Shown in pieces: positions 55,116 to 64,000 of a DNA stretch of 64,000 bases. Where the stretch lies: positions 3,839,648 to 3,903,647 of the forward strand of contig SMSO01000014.1 in assembly GCA_004764695.1 (NCBI GenBank), in the 5' to 3' direction. The stretch is from Schizochytrium sp. TIO01. Its lineage: Eukaryota; Protista; Bigyra: Labyrinthulomycetes. Both the position numbers and the translations under genes were made by a program. Positions within the stretch are counted from its first letter, which is position 1, and every line of letters begins with the position of its first letter. The notes under the pieces were generated by a model, which was not told the origin of the DNA, did not search any database, and worked only from the letters and a program-made list of their open reading frames with translations.

Positions 55116-56967
55116 TTAACGTTGCTGAAGTTCACGAAGCGCTCCATCATGCAGAAAAATCTCACCGATTTTTTTTCCAGGAGCAGAATGCATTCCTAGA
55201 ACCTCCAATGTTGTGTCAGGGTCTGTGGGTAAAATGTTGCCAAGCTTATTATAAACCGATGCAGGAAGATTTTGTATTCCATTCTTTGAAGACTCGAAAA
55301 GGTACTTTTTGGCTGCGTCAGAAAGAGCATGCCCAATGATCTCAAATGATGGCGCACGGTTCTGCAAATCAGAAGTGTCTTTATAGTCCTGCATTGAGGT
55401 CAGCCCAGGGAATGAACTCTGCTGGAAGTGATTCTTCAAGCCAGGCATGGAGAGCATGGAGTGTTGCATCTGCTGAAGCGTCATGCTAGGTTGCTGTTGT
55501 TGCTGGTTGATAGTGTTTTCGCTCTGAGGTACATTGCTTTTAAAAAGCTGTGTGGCCTGAGCATTTTGAACTCCGCTCATAAAGCCACTCGCTTCCCCGT
55601 TTAATTTGCCCTGGCTGGCGCCACCTTCATTCTGTTGTTTAAGCAAATAGGAAAAATCTGGAGAAGGGAACGATGAGAGCATCTGGGTAGCGTTGGAGAT
55701 ATCATATCCATGGGAGGTGGAAGAGGGCGAATCATTGGATGCATTTGAGCTCGTATCCCCCGAGGATGAAGAAGAGATCGATCCTTTGAGTTTGGTACAA
55801 TCAACATTGAACTGCCCAGGACTAAATTGCTCGGTGTCACCGCTAAGAGGCGGGGAAAGAGAACTGAGACCACTCGTAAGCAAAGATGAAGGCTGGAACA
55901 TCATTCCAGACATATTTGCGAACGACATGTTTGAAAAGTTGAACTGCTGAAATCCGGGAGGGGAAGGAGGGGCGTGTTGTCCAGTGGAGATTCTAAGCTC
56001 AGGCATGGGAAGCGGCGGAGCTTGTTCCGAGCTGTTGTACTGGTAGTTTCCAAAATTGAAAAACTGACTATGGGATGGGAAAGATGATGGTGTCCTTCCC
56101 GTCGTAAATCCTGCAGGCGAGCTGGAGATGTCAGTCGATGAGGTTGAGGCAATGTCCACAGGGGTAGTTTTAACGCGCTTAGCAGACAGTTGCTTTGAGA
56201 CCTTCTCAGTTATAGGGACAGACGATGTGGGTGCACCCTCACTCTCCTTCCGTGTTGCGGTTGCCTTTCCACGTTTAGTTTTAGCAGGCTTCTTCTCTCC
56301 CTTTTTAGTGTCGGACTTTCCACCATCAGCCTTTGCTGCCTCAGAACGCTTACGTTTACGGCGAGCTGAGTTCCATCGGTTTTTCACCGAGTTCTCCGAG
56401 CGCCCAGGCAGGTATGCTGCAATCTCACGCCATTTATTACCAAGTCGACCCTGCTGCTCGAGGAGGATACGATCTTCTTCCTCACTCCATGGGTCTTTGC
56501 GTAGATCAGGGTCGAGGTGATTAACCCAGCGCTCTCGGCACTGTTTGCCTAAACGTCCAGGGAGCGAAGCTGCAATTTCGCTCCATTTGATGTTACCAAG
56601 ACCATGCGCATTGATGAGGTCAATAATCACACGATCTTCGGATTCGAGCCAGGGACCCTTCACAAGCCCAGGGCGAAGTACTTTTTGCCAACGATGCAGG
56701 CACTGTACGTCACTACGTGCACCATCGAACGCAACCTTTGAAATGACCTTCCAGTTCTTTGGACCCAGCTCTTTCACTACAGCTTTGAGGCGCTCGTCCT
56801 CATCTGGATTCCACTTTCCGCCAGCTTGTTTGCCACCAGCTTGCTGTTTCCTACGACTCTTTTCGTTGCCTAAAATATGAACTGCTCTGTTGGTCATTCT
56901 GTGATTCACCATATTGCTTGAATCTGAAAGGGGGCCTGACATATCACCAGAATCCTCAACGTAGTCT

Positions 56968-56999
<32 letters not shown>

Positions 57000-57206
57000 T
57001 TCGTCGTCGTCTTCCTCGTTTTCGTCTTCGCCTTCGTTCTCTTCGTCGAAGTTATAATCAGGATCGTCTTCCTCGTCCAACGTAAGCTTCAATTTACGAC
57101 TGCGACGTTTTCTATTTACTTTGATATCCTCTTCGTCATCGATATTCGAGTTTGGGCTGTCGTAATTGTAGTTTGGGATTTGACGATGCGATCTCCTGGA
57201 ACTCAT
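55116..57206 (-). CDS. Three-repeat MYB transcription factor (R1R2R3 / c-Myb-like), about 696 aa
   Basis: R1 GKWNPDED..RSDVQCLHRWQKVL; R2 KGPWLESED..GRLGKQCRERWVNHL; R3 PWSEEED..GNKWREIA..GRSENSVKNRWNS. Acidic poly-D N-region and S/Q-rich C-region. First ATG is at 57206. Confidence 0.95.
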
Positions 57207-59419
57207 CTTGAATACAACTCTTTGATAAGTAACAAAAAATAAGAGATATTTTTTGACCTTACAGCCCCAGCTTGCGAACAAGAAATGTTACCAACAAGCG
57301 AAAGGAAGCAATCGAAGTCCTGCAACTCCCAGCTTAACTAGAGCAAAATAGAATAAATTATGCGTCGAACTTTCTTTTTTGTTTCTAGCCGGCAGGATTT
57401 TGACACACAATCTACGCTTGATCACGAATATATAAAGTTAAGCTTGCTGCCTTGAGATCGGCGTAAACTCAGTCTTCTCTGTCGCTTAGTATAGGAAAAA
57501 GAAACCGCGCACCAACAATCAAGGTAACGAAACTGCGTAAAAAAGAAACGCAGCGAGTGCTTCGATTGGCTACTTCGCTTCTTAGAGATATATTTCAAAG
57601 AACAATTATTAGCGCTTTTGACGTCGAGCAGCCCCGGTCTGTTGCGTGCGTACACCGGAAGCAAGATCTCCCTTTATTCCCGAGAAGAAGGTGTGATATC
57701 AATCACAGTAAAAGGTCTTGTTATCGTTGTTGTTTGTTTTTCAAGCTGTTGCAGTTTTCCTGGCGCCTCGTGAGCTTCCAGGTTGCAGTACCGGCGATCA
57801 CGCCGCTGTAAGTGCGGGAATTCAATCAGTCACTGTCCTACCTAGTCGGCTCGCGGCTCCAGCCTCAGGGCGGGTCGCTGTCGAGCGAAGCCAGCTCTGA
57901 TCTCCAGCTCTGATCTGGTTCTACTAGTTGTCTTTCGCCCGATGTTACAACAATGGCCCACGAGAATCGCTTTTGAGTGCAAGAACGGGATAGCTAAAAG
58001 AGAAAGCGGTCTTTCATACAAATTAGGAATTATTGTTAGAGGAAAACGTGTAAACAGCGATTATTAACATCTGATAATGGCGTGTTCTGGTAGCTTAAAG
58101 GGAGTTGAGTCCGCTCAACGGTCCTTTGGAGATGTTGTAAATACAATTTGCGATAACTTGAAGAGCAGTTGATTCTGAACCGTGAGAGGAACTATAACCT
58201 GAGCAGCTCGCATGTCAAACGCAGTAGTAGATAGATGCTTTCATTGTATGAAGGATAACGATTCTTCTATGATCATCATGATGTTTCGTGAGCTGTTGAA
58301 TTGCTGTTAAGAAGCAAGGCCTAGAAGGTTTCTTGCTCAGTAGTACGACGAACTTAAAGTGCGGCAGTGAGCCAGTAAAGCGTGCATGGAGAAACAGCTT
58401 AAGCTGATGTAACGAATCAATTTATATTGTCGGGATGGCTGTGCTCGGTCAGACCAAGTTTTTGTGAGTAGCTTCAATGAGCCCTCTCCAAGCCGAGCCC
58501 AGGAAGTCTCGCATACGGTGACTGGCGCTGTGCTCGGGAGTTTTAGGCCAGCCACATAATGTGCTATGGACTTCATCTTCAGAATCGCTTGTGTGGACGT
58601 CATGCGCTTAATTCAATGCGATAGATTCTTGCGAACATCATGATGAGTTTGCACGAACTGTTGCAACGAAACCAGTTGTTGGCATGACTAGAAAACAGGA
58701 ATGCTATCCTGAAAAGTAACGGATACTGTTGCATGGCGATCGTACTGGGAAGTGTAAGGTACTTGGGTTCTGAGGGATTCCAAGGGATCTCGGCAGGTAT
58801 ACTGAGTCAAGCATCATCAGTTCGTCTTGATCGCTTGGGCAGATAAGCTCGGCAGAGTCCAGGAGATTGAGCTGCGCTACAGTGGTCGATCTTTTTACAT
58901 GCAATAACTCGTTCCCGCCGATGTGCCTAGTCAACCGTTTCCTTGTTTACGAACTCTCTGAGCAAATTTGTTTTAAAATTGTATTTTATATGTATACGAC
59001 TATATAACAATATTAGTAATAATAAACTACAATTTTGAAAAGAACAAAAAAAGGGGGGAAATAAGGATGTTGAGCCTGCGGTTGGAAATTATCAAATGAT
59101 GCGATATCGCCTGGACAAGCCCAAAAAATAAATCAACAAACAAACTCTTTTTGTTTATTGTTGTATTTAGGGCGCTCGATTAGTGTTAAGAGGTTTCAAC
59201 TTTTCCCTCTTTGAAACATTTAAATAAAAAAAACATTGTTTGTAAAACGGACCATACCAACATGAAGACAGCAATAGATTTTCATTCCCGCCAGAATACC
59301 GAGATCGCAGTCGCATTTGGCTCTAGCAGGAACTAGAGCTGGAGGCGGGAGCGCTATTGTCCAGACGTAACAGAAACATCTACGTTGAGGTTTTGAAATA
59401 GCCTGAAACCGGAAACCCG

Positions 59420-60661
59420 ATGATGAGCAGCACTCGTCAGGAGCTTGCTGACAGAACCAACAAGGTCTCTGCTACGAAGCCTGCAAATGATGGTAACATA
59501 CCCGGCAAGAGAAGACCACGGCCATTGGTGGGGCCTTCTTCTTCTCTGCCATCATCTACTTTAAAGGCCGCGAATTGTGGACAGAACAACATTGGGCTCT
59601 TACAGAAGAAACCTTTACCGCAGCGACTTCAGGTTCAACGACAGCAACGTAGTACTCTTCCAGATTGCAAACAGAAGCAAACGCTCCGACATAGAGATGC
59701 AGAATCTTCAATAAGAAATCCACAGCTACAACACCCTGATCACCTCGTCAGAGGAAATGGCTCCTGGAGCTTTACAGATGCAGAAAACAACGAAAGTAGC
59801 GCAGGAATGCCAACTTTTGTAAAGGTTTTTGGAGAAAAGTTAGGCCAAGAAGGAGCCATTGGTGTTGTCGAGAATGAACTTCTGAAAATGTGTTTTGACA
59901 GTGCCATCGTTTGTGGAGCAGCGGGCCTCAGCGGGAAAGCTTTTGATGAGTCTGCTTGTGAAATTCTCGATCGCAGTACTACATGTAATGACGCTGACGC
60001 TACCGGACAGCTACTCCAGTACTGTCTTCAAGTATGTGCTGAGTCTGAACGGACCAGTGAACAGCAGGCTGCTCAGCTATTCAAGCTTGCGCACATGCAC
60101 GAGCGTTATCTTCGACGTGCCGAAATTGCACGCATGAAGACCGTGATCGATGCGTTATGGTTTGGTCATCAAGACGACCTTTCGGTGGACATGGAAGTAG
60201 AGCTGTTTCGATTTCTGAAGCACAAACACGGTACAGATAAGGCCCGCATGGCTGCAGAAGCTGGAGAGCTGGTATCTAGCATGTCTCGCCTTGCCAAATA
60301 TGACGCAGATATAGCTGTATTCTTCGACATTCTTCGCAACGAAATTGATCAAGGGTTTTGGAAGGTTCGCACTAAGCTACAGGAAACCGTACGCGAACTT
60401 GCTACTCAAGGGATGTCCCCACGTGAAATTATCGCTCATATGTACAATGACGCGGACGCAGCAGATCTTCTCCGTAGACTTGATGAAGAGGAAGACCCAG
60501 CTTTGCAGGATGTCCTCCTTCGTTTCCATCTTGAGCGCCACACCAAACTCATTGCACCTATCCGAGATACATATGCCACGCTTGATCTTGAGGAACGCGC
60601 ACAGGTGAGTTTTTCAAGCTATGTGCGGGCAGCCTTGCTCCCTCCATCGAGTCCACCATAA
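59420..60661 (+). CDS. Hypothetical protein, 413 aa; C-half resembles TSNAXIP1-like/EF-hand-associated proteins
   Basis: Long clean ORF; LFRFLKHKHG...YDADIAVFFDILRNEIDQGF and LLRFHLERH..LI.PIR..Y..LD patterns. The family call is tentative. Confidence 0.65.
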   Translation: MMSSTRQELADRTNKVSATKPANDGNIPGKRRPRPLVGPSSSLPSSTLKAANCGQNNIGLLQKKPLPQRLQVQRQQRSTLPDCKQKQTLRHRDAESSIRNPQLQHPDHLVRGNGSWSFTDAENNESSAGMPTFVKVFGEKLGQEGAIGVVENELLKMCFDSAIVCGAAGLSGKAFDESACEILDRSTTCNDADATGQLLQYCLQVCAESERTSEQQAAQLFKLAHMHERYLRRAEIARMKTVIDALWFGHQDDLSVDMEVELFRFLKHKHGTDKARMAAEAGELVSSMSRLAKYDADIAVFFDILRNEIDQGFWKVRTKLQETVRELATQGMSPREIIAHMYNDADAADLLRRLDEEEDPALQDVLLRFHLERHTKLIAPIRDTYATLDLEERAQVSFSSYVRAALLPPSSPP

Positions 60662-61693
60662 GTTTGAGATCCCTCATAACAATAATATATAATAGAAGTA
60701 AGATATTCATAGATCAAAGGACAAAAAATCATCTATAATTTCTAGACTCAAGCAAGGGGGGGAGAAACCCCGACCATAAGGACTCAGTAGCGAGTGTATC
60801 TACTCGATGCGGGGAGGCGCACAACACAGCAACGAGAGACGCGATTGATTATACACTATAAACCTGCTAGCGAGACCTTCTGAGATCGAGGCGATGTTAA
60901 ATTTCTTAATTGCACAACGCCACAGAATGCAGGTCGACTTAATAAATCTTTCAGCAAGACACAGCAGCAGTGCAACTATATGTAGTCACAACGGCGGCAG
61001 TAATGGTAGCAGCAACAACAGTAGCATCAGCAAAGGCAGCGAACGTCGTGCGACATCTGAACAAGAAAAGTCGACAACGAATTTGCACACACACCAATGA
61101 CGGGAACGAGTCAGTAAATAAATGCAGCTATCAAAAGCAGCTGTTGTTAGAATGCAAGCAATCATCTTCACTGTCATTTCTGCGCCAATACTGTCCTGCT
61201 ACTGAAGCCGGTACTGTAAATTAATTCAGCACTGCGTATATGGATTGGCAAATAAGAGATGTCGAGGACTGACCGAGGCTGCTCGCCCGCTCACATGCAA
61301 GGTTGTGCGTACGCGCATGCATGTAAGCTCATCCAACGTTAACTATCTAACTGAACGCAAAGGCATTTGTTGTTAATATTGCTAATCTCGTGAGTCTCAA
61401 CTTTCGTCTTCATATCATTCATAAATCTCAAGACCCCATACACCAAATGTGTTATGAATATCGGCAAGAAGTGAATTCACCACAATCCTGCGGAGATACA
61501 TATTTTCAGCGCAATTTTGTCTATGAGGTTCGCCGTCTAAGCGAGCACAACATTGTTGTGCCCCAAAACAGGAAACTTCACAGCTTTTGCCAAGTGTTTT
61601 TATTCTTCTGCGGATTTGACCGCATCCTACAACTTGATTAAATTGAGCTTTGCGGTACACGCCAATAATCTAAGCCTACTGAAGGTGAAAAAC

Positions 61694-61960
61694 TTACGTG
61701 CCATCATCATCCTCGCCAGAGGGCCTAGCGAGTGCATCGAGCATGTCGAGGAGGTCCGCGCCGAGGGAGCCAAGAGAAGAGACCGGGTTACGCAGGGCCA
61801 AGGGTGCTGCGGTAGGCCGCTTGGCAAATCGCAGCCCTGGGTTGGGCCTGCCAGGCGCAGCTTTGCGTCCAAACTGTGCCTCCGCAAACTGCACGCGGGC
61901 CACGCCACCCAGGCGTGACCGCGCAAAGGCCCTGCCGCCGCTTGCAGCGCGACCAAGCAT
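61694..61960 (-). CDS. Small (88 aa) protein with a mitochondrial-presequence-like N-terminus and acidic C-terminal tail EDDDGT
   Basis: True ATG; GC-rich island in AT-rich surroundings; MLGRAASGGRAFARSRLGG...; the stop TAA lies within AC|GTAAGT. Confidence 0.55.
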   Translation of the reverse strand: MLGRAASGGRAFARSRLGGVARVQFAEAQFGRKAAPGRPNPGLRFAKRPTAAPLALRNPVSSLGSLGADLLDMLDALARPSGEDDDGT

Positions 61961-63133
61961 CGCTCAAAGTATTGTCGCCTCGCGATTCGAGGTTTGCCTG
62001 CTTTGCTTACTGCATTCTTTCCAGCAATTTACAATCACTGATTTATCAAGAAATTATAAACATGATTTATTTACTATTAATCCACCATTCAAGGCAATAT
62101 TTCTGAAGGCATCTCTGAGTTTCGTTCGAGTTAAACACCCACGTACTGCCAAAGACATTCTCTGCCTGCATCATCGGCGCCTAGAGTGGTTGTGATTGAA
62201 GCAGGGCAGAAACGAACACCCTAATTCACGAATTTTGCAGAGTGTCTAAAGAACATATTATGCCTATAACTAATATTTTTTATCCGTCTCCAATTATTTC
62301 GAAAGTGAGCTATTGTTATCTAAGGGTAACACAATCTGCAAACTAATAATATATCTTAAATTAAAACATTAATTGATTTCGCAGTGAATTAGGAGTGTCA
62401 CTAAGAATAAGAGTAAGAGTCTCTACGGTACGTGGTTTCTAAAGCAGTCGTCTAGTTGAGGCAGTGAACGCGACGCAATTCCTTTGCAGATAATATGAAT
62501 GCCTGGGCATCAGATCTCTTCAAGGTGGACAACGATTAGCCTGCTTTCATCCTGCACATTTGCTATCTTGCGTTGCTGGCAACTGTTGCCGGAGGTCTCA
62601 TTCTGCAGCAATCGCGGGCAGCCAGCCATCGTCTCCGGAAGGAGGAGAGTCTATACTACAGGTTATAGGCCTCCAAAGTGAAGAATACGTACTGATACTA
62701 TAGGCTAAACGGATGCACAGTCGGCATTATATATTATACCTAAGTAAGGTGATTGATGAAGAACAAACTGCAGTAGGAAGGTGTAGGTAGGCAGGTCTAC
62801 CTACTCCTACTATGGAAAGCTCTGCAAGAGCATTAAAAATGCGGCCACCGCACAAGTTCTCTGTTTCTTTATTTGTGATTTCTACTTGTAATTGTAACAT
62901 ACAAGGCATGGAGTAGTATTTTTATTATTATGATGAAGAAGTTATGTTAAAAATGTTTTAAAAGAATATATATAGGCATATGTACTATATACTATAAACT
63001 TTAAAGTTATGATTTGATCGCTTTGCTTATGCTTGCACTTGCTCACATCAGGAAAAGTTTGACCAAAGCCACAAGGAGCCGCCAGGTGCCGCAAAGACCT
63101 TCGAGGCTGTATCGAGGGGCAAAAGCATCCACC

Positions 63134-63454
63134 ATGGCATTTCCAGGGCGTTTGGCGCGCCCTGTGGCCAAAATTGCGACAGGACTGCTGCGAAAACCAC
63201 AAGTTTCACAGAGATCTTCCCTGCTCAGGACCACTCAGCAGCAGTCGGGTGTCTTCTCAAAGCAAACATCAACCTCGTTCTGCTTTGAGACTGCAGATAA
63301 TTCTGCAGCCAGAAGGAGGGTGTTTGCAGCAGTGACAGCAGCTCAGAACCAAGTTCTTACGCAAGTATCAGCATCGATGCCTCAATTCAATGTTGGCTCA
63401 CTGAGCATGCTGGAACAACTCATGTGCTCATCGGCCCCTATTAAGGATAGGTAA
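63134..63454 (+). CDS. Small (106 aa) protein with a mitochondrial-presequence-like N-terminus; possible intron 63451-63539 giving an alternative C-terminus
   Basis: ccaccATGG start context; MAFPGRLARPVAKIATGLLRKP...; the stop TAA lies within AG|GTAACA; pyrimidine tract plus CAG at 63537-63539. Confidence 0.55.
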   Translation: MAFPGRLARPVAKIATGLLRKPQVSQRSSLLRTTQQQSGVFSKQTSTSFCFETADNSAARRRVFAAVTAAQNQVLTQVSASMPQFNVGSLSMLEQLMCSSAPIKDR

Positions 63455-64000
63455 CAGTGAACACAGCCAAATCAAACGAGAGTAGAGTCCCATATGTTCG
63501 TGTTTCCCCCCCTCCATCTGTGGTGCCTCATATGCACAGTTCCAGGCTCAACCGTGCTACAATATGAGTCATTTTAAAAGAGGGTATTCCGCCATTCAAA
63601 AGGTTGGTATCTAGGCTTCTATCGCAGTATATTGAAACAGGATGGAAGCAAAAATCAAGGCTAAGGGACATGTCGCCCTTTCCATCGTAAAAACCTCAAC
63701 TACGTAGACTGCCGAGTTCTCAAGCTAAAAGGTAAAATCCAGCGTCTCGTGCACATAACTTGGATGACTCAAGTTCTGAGTTGCAGTGAGACTCGGCAGC
63801 AACAACTGTGACAGATACACGAATGACAGCTATTTAATAGCCTAACACCTTAGTTCATGTATAATTTCTTTTGCTTCTTTAATTTATTGTGTTACAAAAC
63901 CATTCGTTCAACATTGATAGCTTTTAGGATTTAGTTTTTTAGTTTTCTAAACCTTGACAAGGAGAGCAAAGGTGGTTCTCTTTCCGGCAAGTACTTCCAA

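Noticed and set aside
60894-61224. Short ORFs with AGC/GCA-rich low-complexity sequence
   Set aside because: Driven by a degenerate trinucleotide repeat; no recognisable motifs.

Overview
Eukaryotic nuclear DNA. The genes are compact and almost intron-free, and the intergenic DNA is AT-rich and full of microsatellites. The overall style suggests a stramenopile, probably a labyrinthulomycete/thraustochytrid; this is an inference. I support about 21 protein-coding genes: a GDP-mannose-type nucleotide-sugar transporter, a Ppx/GppA phosphatase, a triple ADF-H (coactosin-like) protein, a PIN-domain RNase, an RCC1-BTB protein, an epoxide hydrolase, argininosuccinate synthase with a mitochondrial-type presequence, a large Cys-rich secreted protein, a bestrophin-like channel, a HINT protein, Vtc1, a Frizzled-CRD-like GPI protein, a DEG15/TYSND1 peroxisomal protease, a spliced B12D/NDUFA4 gene only partly captured by the ORF track, PanE, a GT32 glycosyltransferase, a 3R-MYB factor, two hypothetical proteins and two divergent tiny presequence-like genes. 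I found no rRNA, tRNA, CRISPR array or intact transposon. The most notable observations are: (i) a duplicated Glu/Gln-rich coding relic at 52.6-53.9 kb riddled with in-frame stops that alternate with CAA/CAG/CGA between repeat units (RIP-like or deamination-type C>T decay); (ii) Arg-codon-run short ORFs in the 8.5-kb gene-free region upstream of argininosuccinate synthase; (iii) a head-to-head pair of tiny mitochondrial-presequence-like ORFs whose stop codons both lie inside 5' splice-site motifs; (iv) a possible SPOC-PIN fusion; and (v) a lectin-like domain inserted into a Cys-repeat array. All family calls come from motif recognition by eye, not from database searches.
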